The notes: generated by a model not told the origin, from the sequence alone. Shown: positions 39,398 to 49,129, numbered from the stretch's first letter. The stretch: DNA of 64,000 nt from an uncultured Smithella sp. (GCA_964608995.1 CAZSQS010000001.1:25143-89142), one strand, 5' to 3'. Numbers and translations are program-made.

Positions 39398-39456
39398 TTT
39401 CTCCTCTCCTTTTAGATCTATGGCGTCACGGTTAAATAAGACTAAAACCCTTTTTC

Positions 39457-39485
39457 TTGACGTAAATAGTGTTGCGTTCTATATA
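39457..39485 (+). promoter_or_regulatory. sigma-70-like promoter
   Basis: TTGACG (39457-39462), 17 nt spacer, TATATA (39480-39485). 17 nt before the 39502 start. Confidence 0.4.
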
Positions 39486-39501
39486 ACAGCGCAAGGACAT
39501 T

Positions 39502-40188
39502 ATGACAATACCCTATACACTTCGGCTCAGCCGAAAAAGAAAGAAAACGCTTTCGCTTTCGATCGGGAAAAATGCCGAGATCACCGTTTATGCGCCCTGG
39601 TTAACGCCTCCCGCCGAGATCGACCGTTTCATCGATGCAAAGCGCGCCTGGATAGACAAAACCATTCGCAAACAAACCCTGCTTAAGGCGTCGAAAGCGC
39701 CAAAGTCCTATGTGACAGGCGAAACCTTCTATTATCTGGGGCAGGCGTATCCCCTGGAGGCGAAATTTGATCCGCTTGAGCATCAGGGGCTCTGGTTGGG
39801 AAACGGCCGTTTTTTGCTCAACTGTCCGGAAAACCGGGAGATGCGCCGGTATTATTTCGAAAAATGGTATTTTAAAAAGGCGGAAGCGTATCTTCCCGAG
39901 CGCGTGGCGCATTTCAGCTGGCTGCACCAGCTTGCGCCCGGCGGTGTAAGAATCACCCGGGCTCAAAGCCGCTGGGGCTCGTGTTCAGCGGATAACCGTC
40001 TGGCCTTTACGTTTCGCCTGATTCTGGCAACGCCTGCGGCCATCGATTACGTGGTCATTCATGAACTGATGCACATCCGGGAGAAAAATCACTCTTCAAA
40101 ATTCTGGCGGCAGGTGGTAGAAGCCATGCCGCAATATGAAATTTCACGGCGCTGGCTTCGCGATGCTCAGGGCCTCTTTGATTTATAA
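39502..40188 (+). CDS. YgjP-like (DUF45/M48-related, SprT-like) metal-dependent hydrolase
   Basis: HELMHIREKNHS (HExxH...H) and RWGSCS. Confidence 0.8.
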   Translation: MTIPYTLRLSRKRKKTLSLSIGKNAEITVYAPWLTPPAEIDRFIDAKRAWIDKTIRKQTLLKASKAPKSYVTGETFYYLGQAYPLEAKFDPLEHQGLWLGNGRFLLNCPENREMRRYYFEKWYFKKAEAYLPERVAHFSWLHQLAPGGVRITRAQSRWGSCSADNRLAFTFRLILATPAAIDYVVIHELMHIREKNHSSKFWRQVVEAMPQYEISRRWLRDAQGLFDL

Positions 40189-40214
40189 ACGCTTAAAAAG
40201 GCATTGAGTCGGCT

Positions 40215-41105
40215 TTGACCATGGATATTAAGGAAAACATCGATCTGTCTCACCGGGAGTTTCTGACGGATCAATTTCATCAACTCAACCTCGATATTTC
40301 CGACTACACGTTTGCCAACATCTATCTGTTTCGGCAGGTCAGCCGCTATGAAGTCCTCAAGAAGGACTGTGGCGAATTTATTTCCGCCTTCAACCGGCAG
40401 GAACAAAACTACATTCTGCCGCTGGATGATTTGCGGATTTGCGGTCTGGAGATGCTCAAAGGTTTGCTGGACGACGGGAAATTTTTTTTTCCTGTTCCCG
40501 AAGCGTGGCTGGACTTTTTCCCTCAGGACACGTTTTTAGTCACGTATGACGACAGCGAATCGGACTATATTTATCGAACCGAGAATCTGGCTTCTTTTTC
40601 GGGAAAAACCTTTCATCGTCACCGCAACCATCTCAACCAGTTTCTGGGATTGTACCGTCCGGAAGGCAGGCCGCTTCGACCGGACAATGTTTCCGACGCT
40701 CTGGCGGTCCTTCATGAATGGCAGACCGAGTCGGGCCTTTCGCTTGAAGAGACCGATTTTTCCGTGTGCGAAGAAGCGCTTCGGCAATTCTCCGAGCTTG
40801 CGCTGTGGGGCACAATATACTACATAGACGGCAAACCGGCCGGCTTCATCATTGGTGAGGCGCTCAACCGCGACATGTTTTGCCTGCATTTCGCCAAAGC
40901 CTCCAAGCGCTTCCACGGCATTTATGAATTTCTATTCAACGATACGGCCAAAAAGCTGGCCGAGAGTTACCGGTTTTTGAATATGGAAGAAGACATGGGC
41001 AATAAGAATTTGAGAAAAACCAAAACCTCTTATGGACCGGAGCGGATGATTAAAAAATACCGCGTCGGCCTGGCGCACCAAGATGCGAAAGCGGCAAAAC
41101 GATGA
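40215..41105 (+). CDS. DUF2156-like protein (C-terminal domain of lysyl-phosphatidylglycerol synthase family; GNAT-like fold)
   Basis: Recalled pattern: YIYRTENLASFSGKTFHRHRNHLNQF and a GNAT-like C-terminal half. Low certainty. Confidence 0.45.
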   Translation: MTMDIKENIDLSHREFLTDQFHQLNLDISDYTFANIYLFRQVSRYEVLKKDCGEFISAFNRQEQNYILPLDDLRICGLEMLKGLLDDGKFFFPVPEAWLDFFPQDTFLVTYDDSESDYIYRTENLASFSGKTFHRHRNHLNQFLGLYRPEGRPLRPDNVSDALAVLHEWQTESGLSLEETDFSVCEEALRQFSELALWGTIYYIDGKPAGFIIGEALNRDMFCLHFAKASKRFHGIYEFLFNDTAKKLAESYRFLNMEEDMGNKNLRKTKTSYGPERMIKKYRVGLAHQDAKAAKR

Positions 41106-43345
41106 CCCCTCCCGAGATCATTACCTCGTTGCAGGAAGGCGATCAGGGCATTATTGCCGCCATTGACGGTGGCGCATCTCTCACGAGCCGCCTGGCCGGA
41201 ATGGGGCTGGTAACGGGCGCGCGGTTTCGCATCGCTCAGGTCAGCGGCGGATTAATCGTCATTCAGGTCGCCGGCACGCGCATTGCGCTGGGTCAGGGCG
41301 AGGCTTCCAAAATGACCGTCTATAAAATTGATCCGGATGACGCGGTCTGTTCGGCGCCCATTGCCAAAGAAATTTCCGTCGCTTTGGTCGGCCAGCCCAA
41401 CGTGGGTAAATCCACCCTGTTTAATATTCTCACCGGACTTTCACAGCATGTGGGCAACTGGCCGGGAAAAACCGTCGAAAAAAAAGAGGGCGAACATCGC
41501 GCGGACCACGTCCGAATCCGGATGGTCGATTTGCCGGGAACTTACAGCCTGACAGCGTTTTCCGAAGAAGAGCGCGTCACGCGCGACTACATTATCCGCG
41601 AAAAGCCGGACCTGGTGATTCTGGTGCTCAACGCCGCGGCGCTGGAGCGAAGCCTCTATCTGCTCTCGGAGGTTTTGCTTCTGACACATGCCGTGATCGT
41701 TGCGGTCAACATGCTCGATGTGGCGGCCGATCAGGGCACGCAGGTCGATTCGCGCGCGCTCTCGGACGCGCTGGGGCTTCCCGTGATTCCGATGGTCGCC
41801 AAACGAAACAGCGGCATTCGGGAGCTGGTCGATCAGATGGTTGCCTTTGCCGAGGGCAAGATATTGCCGCGCCCCTATCTGCCGGAAGTGTCTGAAGATC
41901 ATCGGGCCATTTACGAAGCCATCATCAGCGAAGTGCGGCCGCTGGTTTCCGAACCCTACACACCCGAGTGGACCGCCGTTAAAATTATGGAGGGCGATCC
42001 GGAAGCCTCGGGCATGGTAGAGCGCATCGCCGATAAAGACGCGTGGGGGCGGATTACGACGCTTTTGAGCAAACACGAAGACGCGCTCCATGCGGTTGTG
42101 AACGGGCGCTATGACTGGATTGAAAAAATGACGCGCGCGACGATGTCGCGGTTTCGCATGGGGCAGGTGGTGCTGACCGATCGCATCGATCACATCCTCA
42201 CGCGTCCCATTTTCGGCATTCCGATTCTTCTGGCCGTCATGGCGGGAGTTTTCTTTTTGACCTACAGCGTGGGCGTGCCGCTTCAGGAATGGATGGCCCG
42301 CGGCATTGACCGCTTCGGCCAGTGGCTGGCGCCGATGCTTGCCGGCGCGCCCGATTGGGTTTCCGGACTCATTCTCGATGGCGTCATCGGCGGTGCGGGA
42401 TCGGTTCTGACCTTTCTACCCATTTTGCTCATCTTTTTCGCCATCATGGCGTTTCTCGAAGACGTGGGCTACATGGCGCGTGCCGCGTTTGTCATGGATC
42501 GCATCATGCATCTGGTCGGCCTCCACGGCAAAAGCTTTATTCCCATGTGTCTGGGATTTGGCTGCAACGTGCCTGCCGTTCTGGGCGCGCGCATCATCGA
42601 GACGCGTAAGGCGCGGATGATTACGCTCCTCTTGATTCCCTTTGTTCCCTGCACGGCGCGCCTGGCCGTGCTGACCCTGGTGTCGGCCGCCGTTTTCGGT
42701 TCTTATGCCGTCTATGTCTCCTGGAGTATTCTGGCGCTCAATATCGCGGTTCTGGGCCTGGCCGGTATTTTCGTCAACAAGACGCTCTGGAAGCAGGATG
42801 CGCCCTTTATCATGGAGCTGCCGATTTATCACCGGCCCGACGCGCGGACGATTGCGCTTGTAATCTGGAACAGGCTTCTGGCTTTTATCCGCAAGGCCGG
42901 AACGGTGATTCTGGGCATCTCCGTCATCATCTGGTTTTTGTCTTATTTTCCGGGCGGCTCCATTGAGCAAAGCTGGCTGGCCGCGTTTGGCCGGCTACTG
43001 GCCCCCCTGGGCGTTCCCTTGGGACTCGACTGGAAAATGATCACAGCGCTTTTGACGGGGTTGGTGGCCAAAGAAACCGTGGTGGCGACGCTGGGTGTTT
43101 TATATTCCGTCGGCGCGGAAGGCCTTTCGGCGGTATTGCCCGGCGTGATGAGCCATGCGTCGGCGGCCGCTTTTTTAGTGGTCATGATGCTCTTTATTCC
43201 ATGCGTGGCCACGATTGCCGTGCTGTATAAGGAAATGAACAGCAATAAATGGTTTTTCGGCGCGCTCGCCCTGACGCTGGCTGTGTCCTACCTGGGCGGC
43301 ATGGGCGCGTATCAACTGGTGAGCTGGCTGGGATTGGGCCCGTGA
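41102..43345 (+). CDS. feoB: ferrous iron transporter FeoB with N-terminal FeoA domain fusion
   Basis: FeoA-like N-terminus (~75 aa), G-domain GQPNVGKST..DLPGTYS, then a polytopic membrane domain. Confidence 0.9.
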   Translation: MTPPEIITSLQEGDQGIIAAIDGGASLTSRLAGMGLVTGARFRIAQVSGGLIVIQVAGTRIALGQGEASKMTVYKIDPDDAVCSAPIAKEISVALVGQPNVGKSTLFNILTGLSQHVGNWPGKTVEKKEGEHRADHVRIRMVDLPGTYSLTAFSEEERVTRDYIIREKPDLVILVLNAAALERSLYLLSEVLLLTHAVIVAVNMLDVAADQGTQVDSRALSDALGLPVIPMVAKRNSGIRELVDQMVAFAEGKILPRPYLPEVSEDHRAIYEAIISEVRPLVSEPYTPEWTAVKIMEGDPEASGMVERIADKDAWGRITTLLSKHEDALHAVVNGRYDWIEKMTRATMSRFRMGQVVLTDRIDHILTRPIFGIPILLAVMAGVFFLTYSVGVPLQEWMARGIDRFGQWLAPMLAGAPDWVSGLILDGVIGGAGSVLTFLPILLIFFAIMAFLEDVGYMARAAFVMDRIMHLVGLHGKSFIPMCLGFGCNVPAVLGARIIETRKARMITLLLIPFVPCTARLAVLTLVSAAVFGSYAVYVSWSILALNIAVLGLAGIFVNKTLWKQDAPFIMELPIYHRPDARTIALVIWNRLLAFIRKAGTVILGISVIIWFLSYFPGGSIEQSWLAAFGRLLAPLGVPLGLDWKMITALLTGLVAKETVVATLGVLYSVGAEGLSAVLPGVMSHASAAAFLVVMMLFIPCVATIAVLYKEMNSNKWFFGALALTLAVSYLGGMGAYQLVSWLGLGP

Positions 43346-43351
43346 CCCGGC

Positions 43352-43693
43352 CTAAACGTTTTTTATCGCTAATTTTGTTTTCAGAAGGTGCAAGGCCTTC
43401 TCCGAACTCTCTACCGTAAAGCCGATACGTCTTTGCTGATGATACAGATGAAGAATAAATATCACATTCCGGCTGGGTCTTTTTAAATCGCGCGCAAACC
43501 AGGTTTTGAAATCCCCGGACCCATGAAGGCGATATTTGCCGTTTAGTAAGGTTGGTTGTTTCACTTCGAAGCTTTCTATTTCAGACCAGGGGATACGTTT
43601 TTGACCAAAAGGAAAATAGTAGGCTCTGAAGAGAATAGACTCGTTCGTCATTTCAACAAGCTTATCTGAATAAATGACGTCTTCGCGCATCAC
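43352..43693 (-). CDS. hypothetical protein (possibly bacterial PH-like domain)
   Basis: ORF only. Tightly packed 3 nt downstream of the PAS gene. No diagnostic motif. Confidence 0.4.
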   Translation of the reverse strand: MMREDVIYSDKLVEMTNESILFRAYYFPFGQKRIPWSEIESFEVKQPTLLNGKYRLHGSGDFKTWFARDLKRPSRNVIFILHLYHQQRRIGFTVESSEKALHLLKTKLAIKNV

Positions 43694-43696
43694 AGG

Positions 43697-44797
43697 CTAT
43701 TTCTCCATCTGCGTTTTTGGCGTATGCTGCGGATAAAGTTTCCGAGTGCACTCGGGACAGATGCCGTGCGTGAATTGGGCGTCGGAGCGCTTTTCAATAT
43801 AGTCTTCAATTGAATTCCAGTAGCCCCGGTCATCGCGGATTTTTTTACACGAGGCGCAAATCGGCAGCAGGCCGCTTAGGGTCTTGACCTCCGAGAGAGC
43901 CTGCTGAAGCTCGGCGATCAGCCGCTCGCGCTCCTGCTCCGCCTGCCTGCGCTCGCGAATGTCGCGGCTGACCGAAACAAACCCGTAAGGCGTTGCGTCT
44001 TCGCGGCGCAGGAGGTTCCCGTTAATCTCGAAGGGGATTTCCCGTCCGTCTTTTGTCAGCATCAGGTATTCCCGCAGGCTTAAATCGCCGTTTGCGGCCT
44101 CAGCGAGGTCCCGTATCATACGATCGCGATCTTTCGGAGAGGCGAAATTATAAATTTTGCGGCCCAGCAATTCATCGCGCTGGTAGCCTCCAATCTGCAG
44201 CGCATACGCGTTGACGAACAGAATCGTGCCTTCAAGGTTTCCCCCGATGACGATGTCCTGCATGGCATCGACGAGTTTCGCGTACAATTCCCGGCTCTCT
44301 CTGAGTTCCTGTTCCACCCGCTTGCGTTCGCTGATGTCGCGGGAAACGCCGTGAAGGCCGATGATCCGGCCCTTTGCGTCGCGGATCGCCCCGATGATAT
44401 CCTCGATCCACACGGTATGGCCGTCCTTATGATAATGCTCCATCTCCAAAGTAATGGTCCTGTCCGGATTTGCTCCCGGTTCCGCGTCTTTTTCCAGTTC
44501 GCGCGCCAGGCATTCCATGGTTACGGCGTAGGTGTCTGGCGTCACCATGTCGGAAAGGTGCTGAATCATTCTTTCTTCCGGAGAAAACCCCAGAATTTTT
44601 TGACTGCCGGGGCTGATATATGTGGGCATCATGTTCATATCCAGCGTCCAGAGCACATCGCGCATATGCTCCGTCAGGAAACGATAGTTTTCCTGATCGA
44701 CGCGCAGGGTGGCCTCCCGTTCGGTCGAAAGGCGCAGGGCTTCCTCGAGCGCCCGGATTTTTTCGAGCAGTTCATCATAGGTTGGTATTTCGGACAT
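43697..44797 (-). CDS. tandem PAS-domain protein with C-terminal Cys4 (CxxC...CxxC) module
   Basis: Two PAS S-box regions, a coiled coil, then LPICASCKKIRDDRGYWNSIEDYIEKRSDAQFTHGICPECTRKLY. Confidence 0.75.
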   Translation of the reverse strand: MSEIPTYDELLEKIRALEEALRLSTEREATLRVDQENYRFLTEHMRDVLWTLDMNMMPTYISPGSQKILGFSPEERMIQHLSDMVTPDTYAVTMECLARELEKDAEPGANPDRTITLEMEHYHKDGHTVWIEDIIGAIRDAKGRIIGLHGVSRDISERKRVEQELRESRELYAKLVDAMQDIVIGGNLEGTILFVNAYALQIGGYQRDELLGRKIYNFASPKDRDRMIRDLAEAANGDLSLREYLMLTKDGREIPFEINGNLLRREDATPYGFVSVSRDIRERRQAEQERERLIAELQQALSEVKTLSGLLPICASCKKIRDDRGYWNSIEDYIEKRSDAQFTHGICPECTRKLYPQHTPKTQMEK

Positions 44798-44815
44798 GGA
44801 GGGCAGCTTCCTCTC

Positions 44816-45244
44816 TTACAGGTGTTCCAGTGTCGCAATTTTCATCCGCAGCTCTTCGGGAATCGACACTTTTGTGTTGTTCCGGTAATCGTAAGTGACA
44901 ACGACACCTTCGCCGTCGGCGGCGAGACGCTTGGCTTTGATGCTGAAGACCTCGTAGCCCATGATAAACCGGTCGTCCTCGAGGGTCAGGATTTTTGAGC
45001 CGACAATGACGGAATCCGGATATTGCAGGGGCATTTTGAAGCGGCATTCTGTGGAGGCCAGAATGATGCCGATGCCCGTGCGTTTTGTGTATTCGGTCAG
45101 CCCCAGGCGGTTGAAGTATTCGATGCGGATGCTTTCAAAATAGCGGAAATAAATAATATTGTTGACATGCCCCATGGCGTCCATTTCTCCCCACGCCACG
45201 GGGATATTCATTGTGACCGTGCAGGCCGTCAAAACATCGTCCAT
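44816..45244 (-). CDS. hotdog-fold acyl-CoA thioesterase (YbgC/4HBT family)
   Basis: V.W.E.D..GHVNN..Y..YFE pattern. Confidence 0.75.
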   Translation of the reverse strand: MDDVLTACTVTMNIPVAWGEMDAMGHVNNIIYFRYFESIRIEYFNRLGLTEYTKRTGIGIILASTECRFKMPLQYPDSVIVGSKILTLEDDRFIMGYEVFSIKAKRLAADGEGVVVTYDYRNNTKVSIPEELRMKIATLEHL

Positions 45245-45411
45245 CTGTCTTCCTCCTGATTGATGAGTGTGTCAGATTAGAACAAGCCTTGGAGCGAAAA
45301 GCAACATAAATGTTCCTTTTTGGCTCCGGGGCTTTTCAGATTTTCACTGGATTTTCCGGCCTGTCTCGGTTACAAAGCGGGCAATTCGAAAAAATAAATG
45401 CGCGGGGAAAA

Positions 45412-46074
45412 ATGAAATCATTTCTTAAATGGACATGCGGCAGCCTGCTGGCGCTTATCCTTTTTGCAGCGGTAATCGGATGGGTGCTTCGGAATCCGCT
45501 TTTGTCGCGGGCCGGGCACTTTATGGCCCCACAGGGGGACTATGCGGCGGATGTTGTCATTCTCGAAGGCAACGATTACATCCGCTCAGGCTTCATCGAC
45601 CTGGGAATGTCTTTGTTACAGGAAGGGAAAATTCAACGTCTGGTCGTCGTGCTCCACCGGATCGCGCCCGCGCACCGGCCGTTTGGCATTGACGGGACCT
45701 ATCCGGAAGCCGTGCGCCGGAAATTGCTGGAGCGTGGTCTGACGCCCGAACAGTTTCAGATCATCGTCTCGCCGATCCGCCATCCGGTCACCCTCAAAGA
45801 AGCCCAATTTGTCCTGAAAGCGCTTGAGGGCGAGAAAATATCGAGCGCCATTTTAGTGGCCCCCTCATTTCACACGAGGCGAAGCTATCTGGCCTATGCC
45901 TACAGCGCGCAGGCCCGGCAGATCAAAATATATCCGCTGGCCTGCTTTACCGAGAACCACTCCGATGTGTGGTGGGAAGATCCGGGCCAGAGGCGCGACT
46001 TCGTCACGGAGGCAGGGAAACTCCTGTATTATCTGGCCGCCCGGCACCTGCCGCTCCAGTTTGAATATCCGTAA
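45412..46074 (+). CDS. DUF218/YdcF(ElyC)-family membrane-anchored protein
   Basis: N-terminal TM helix after the Met at 45412 (the ORF track starts at 45310), then a DUF218-like core (ADVVILEG.., LVAPSFHTRRS). Confidence 0.55.
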   Translation: MKSFLKWTCGSLLALILFAAVIGWVLRNPLLSRAGHFMAPQGDYAADVVILEGNDYIRSGFIDLGMSLLQEGKIQRLVVVLHRIAPAHRPFGIDGTYPEAVRRKLLERGLTPEQFQIIVSPIRHPVTLKEAQFVLKALEGEKISSAILVAPSFHTRRSYLAYAYSAQARQIKIYPLACFTENHSDVWWEDPGQRRDFVTEAGKLLYYLAARHLPLQFEYP

Positions 46075-46100
46075 AGCGCATCTTTCGGGAGAGGGGTGCG

Positions 46101-47471
46101 CTAAAAAATCTTTCCGGGATTTAAAAGACCCTCCGGATCGAGCAGATTCTTGATCCGTTTCATGAGCGTAAAACTCTCGCCGTGCTCGGCCTCCATGAAA
46201 CAGCGCTTGCCGATGCCCACCCCGTGTTCGCCGGTGCAGGTGCCTTCAAACTCCAGCGCCTTTGTGACAATGATCCGGCTGGCCTCCTCCACGCGCGCCC
46301 AGCGCACCGGATCGGCGGGATCATCCATAACGTGAACATGGAGATTGCCGTCGCCTGCGTGCCCGAACAGATAGGCCGTAAGCTCCCGCACCGTGTTTTT
46401 GCAAAATTCCACCATATCGCCGTAGCGCGAAAGCGGCACCGCCACATCCATGATCAGCGGCGAAAGCCCGATATGCCGGCGCTTGATCGATTCATACGTC
46501 TGATGGCGAATCTCCCACAGGCGCCCCCGTTCCGAGGCGCCGATGCCGCAATCGACGGACGCTGCGCCGTTATCCCGGCAAATCTCCTGCACAAACGCCA
46601 TTTCTTCGGCCAGGCCCTGAAGGCTGTAGCCCGTAAATTCCGCAAGCAGTGTCGGGCGCTCGTCAAGTGTCAGCCCCCGGTCGGCGTTTAGCGCCTGCAC
46701 GACATTGGCGTCGAGAAACTCCATGGCGGAAGGCGAAAGCCCCGCGCGCATGACGGCATAGACCGTGTCGGTGGCGTTACGGATGGAAGGAAACGTCGCA
46801 CGCACGGCCATGAAATTGGCGGGGATTCCCACCAGCTTGAGCGTGGCCTCCGTGATCAGGCCCAGCGTCCCTTCCGACCCGGCAAAGAGCGCGGGCAGAT
46901 TGTATCCGGCCGAGGTTTTGCGCGCGCGCGTTCCCGTGTGGATGATCTCGCCGCCCGGCAGCACGACCGTCAGACGCAACACATAGTCTTTCGTCGCACC
47001 GTAGCGCACCGAGCGGATGCCGCTGGCATTGTTGGCGATCATCCCGCCGATGGTGGCCGCTGCGCCCGGATCGGGCGGAAACAACAGGCCGTCGCGGGCA
47101 AGCGTCTGATTGAGTTCCTTGTAAATGACGCCCGCCTGCACATCCACCTGAAAATCATCCGGCCGCACGGCCAGTACGCGATTCATTTGAGAAAAATCAA
47201 TCACCATGCCACCCCGGACGGGAATCGGGTTTCCCTCCAGGCTCGTCCCCGCGCCCCACGCCGTGACGGGAACCCGATGGCGATACGCCCACGCCATCAG
47301 GCGGCTGACCTCGTCCGTCGTGTGCGGCCAGACGACAACGTCCGGCCGGTGCGGGGCGTGAAAGGATTCGTCGTGAGCATGCAGATCCCGGACGGAGACG
47401 CCCGCCGACACACGACGCGCATCAAGCATTTCGGAAAGCTCAGGTAAATGAATAGTTTTATCGATGGTCAT
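46101..47471 (-). CDS. FAD-linked oxidase (GlcD / D-lactate dehydrogenase family)
   Basis: FAD_binding_4 pattern (VVWPHTTDEV..PVTAWGAGTSLEGN) and the C-terminal GTCTGEHGVGIGK. Confidence 0.85.
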   Translation of the reverse strand: MTIDKTIHLPELSEMLDARRVSAGVSVRDLHAHDESFHAPHRPDVVVWPHTTDEVSRLMAWAYRHRVPVTAWGAGTSLEGNPIPVRGGMVIDFSQMNRVLAVRPDDFQVDVQAGVIYKELNQTLARDGLLFPPDPGAAATIGGMIANNASGIRSVRYGATKDYVLRLTVVLPGGEIIHTGTRARKTSAGYNLPALFAGSEGTLGLITEATLKLVGIPANFMAVRATFPSIRNATDTVYAVMRAGLSPSAMEFLDANVVQALNADRGLTLDERPTLLAEFTGYSLQGLAEEMAFVQEICRDNGAASVDCGIGASERGRLWEIRHQTYESIKRRHIGLSPLIMDVAVPLSRYGDMVEFCKNTVRELTAYLFGHAGDGNLHVHVMDDPADPVRWARVEEASRIIVTKALEFEGTCTGEHGVGIGKRCFMEAEHGESFTLMKRIKNLLDPEGLLNPGKIF

Positions 47472-47525
47472 AAATGGCCTCTGTTTAGAAACGTTTTCCG
47501 GTTACCAGTAATAATAAATAAAGAA

Positions 47526-47567
47526 AACCGTCAACCGGTAACTGTTAACCGACTAACCGTTAACTGT
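47526..47567. repeat. six-unit heptamer array AACCGTC AACCGGT AACTGTT AACCGAC(T) AACCGTT AACTGT
   Basis: Read directly. Located 55-95 nt upstream of the minus-strand glcD-like start. Confidence 0.6.
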
Positions 47568-47654
47568 ATTGGCGGATGTAGGGCGCAATCCCCGATTGCG
47601 CCGCGCTCATTCGGTAATCTCTCCGAAAGCGCCCTTGGTGTTTGTATATTTTGC

Positions 47655-47685
47655 GGCGCGTTCGGGGAACGCGCCCTACTTTTTA
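47655..47685 (+). terminator. GC hairpin plus T-run (plus-strand orientation) in the MFS/glcD-like intergenic region
   Basis: GGCGCGTTC-ggg-GAACGCGCC followed by CTACTTTTT. A sister hairpin GGCGCAATC-ccc-GATTGCGCC lies at 47582-47602. Confidence 0.3.
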
Positions 47686-47712
47686 ATGTGTTCCGGCGTA
47701 GCCGGAGACGCC

Positions 47713-49005
47713 CTACGGCAGGGATTGCGGCTTTTGCGGCGGTCGCAGGCGAAGCGCCAGAATCGCGCAGGCAAAGACCAGGCCTGCTGCGATGGCAAAG
47801 GGCAGTGTGTAGCCACCGGTGCGGTCATATAGAAATCCGGCAAAGAGCGGGCTTGCTGCGCTCGCCAGCGTGACGACCGGTGTGGTCCAGCCGACGATCC
47901 GGGAAAAAGGTTTCCGCCCGAAGTAGGCGCCCGTGGCATGCGGTATAAGGACGATCATGCCACCCACCCCGACGCCCGTCAGAACCGAATAAAGATAAAC
48001 GAAGAAAACCTGCCCCGCGTAAAGAAGCGACACGATGCCCGCGCCGGTGCACGTCAGAAAAAAAGCCGCAAGATAACGGCTGGAAATTTTCATTCCCAGA
48101 ACACCGCTGAGCATCCGTCCGAGGATGCTCATGCCCAGCATCAGGCCAAGCGCCGTGGCCGAAACGGTGGGAGAATAATTCAAGTCCTGCAGGTAAGCGA
48201 CCTGATGCGCCGCCATCATATTGTGAGCGAAAAGCAATGCGGAAAATAGCGCCATCAACAACCATAAAGCCTTCGAGCGCAAGGCCTCGCTAAGAGGCCA
48301 GTCCTTGCGGTTGTGACTCGTCGATTCGTCCTGCAAGGCATTTGCGCTTTTAAGCGTCGCCGTCGGATACCCATCCGGAAGCTGGCCTTCTTCTTCCGGT
48401 GAATTGCGAATGAGCCACCCGGCGAGGCCCACGCCCAGAAGAAGGTGGAGTCCGGCCACAATGCCCCAGGTCCACCGCCAGCCCATTTCGCCAATGAGCA
48501 AGCTGATGGCCGGCGGCAGGAAAAATCCGCCGATGCCCCCGGAGGCGAAAAGAAAGCCCAGCGCCAGGGATCGCTTGGAGATAAACCACGAATTAATCAC
48601 GGTGGTGGCGGAAAGATACTCGGCAAACGTCAGGGCCAGCCCGCCCAGGAGGCCGAAAAAAAGATACACCTGCCAGATCTGCGTTGACCACGCCAGACCG
48701 AAAAGCCCGCCTGCCGCCAGGATATTGCCCATCACAATGTTGCTGCGCGCGCCGTACCGGCTGACGCTCCAGCCCGCCAGCGGCCCCAAGAGGCCGCCGA
48801 TCATCAGAAAAAGCGTATAGGGGCCGGACAGGATGGATCGGGTCACCCCGAAATCCGTGCTCATCGCGGGCAAAAAGACGCCGTAGGCGTAGGTGACATT
48901 TCCGCAGATGGCGCCGTAGGCCAGCATGGCGCCGGCCAGAGTGGTCCAGCCGTAAAAACGGATGTTTGGGGAAGTCAATGAAGTGGTCATGGGGGGGAGA
49001 GGCAT
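47713..49005 (-). CDS. MFS transporter (oxalate/formate antiporter-like)
   Basis: 12 predicted TM helices and an OFA-like N-terminal pattern. Confidence 0.8.
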   Translation of the reverse strand: MPLPPMTTSLTSPNIRFYGWTTLAGAMLAYGAICGNVTYAYGVFLPAMSTDFGVTRSILSGPYTLFLMIGGLLGPLAGWSVSRYGARSNIVMGNILAAGGLFGLAWSTQIWQVYLFFGLLGGLALTFAEYLSATTVINSWFISKRSLALGFLFASGGIGGFFLPPAISLLIGEMGWRWTWGIVAGLHLLLGVGLAGWLIRNSPEEEGQLPDGYPTATLKSANALQDESTSHNRKDWPLSEALRSKALWLLMALFSALLFAHNMMAAHQVAYLQDLNYSPTVSATALGLMLGMSILGRMLSGVLGMKISSRYLAAFFLTCTGAGIVSLLYAGQVFFVYLYSVLTGVGVGGMIVLIPHATGAYFGRKPFSRIVGWTTPVVTLASAASPLFAGFLYDRTGGYTLPFAIAAGLVFACAILALRLRPPQKPQSLP

Positions 49006-49129
49006 TTCTTCTTCGTATTTATCTTTTCGGAATTAGGCGTAGATGGCCTGAAGATGAAAATAAAAGCAGGGAAGGGGTTTTGGCCCATTCCCCGCTTGTT
49101 CGGGGTTAATTCTCTTTGCGAATATTACT

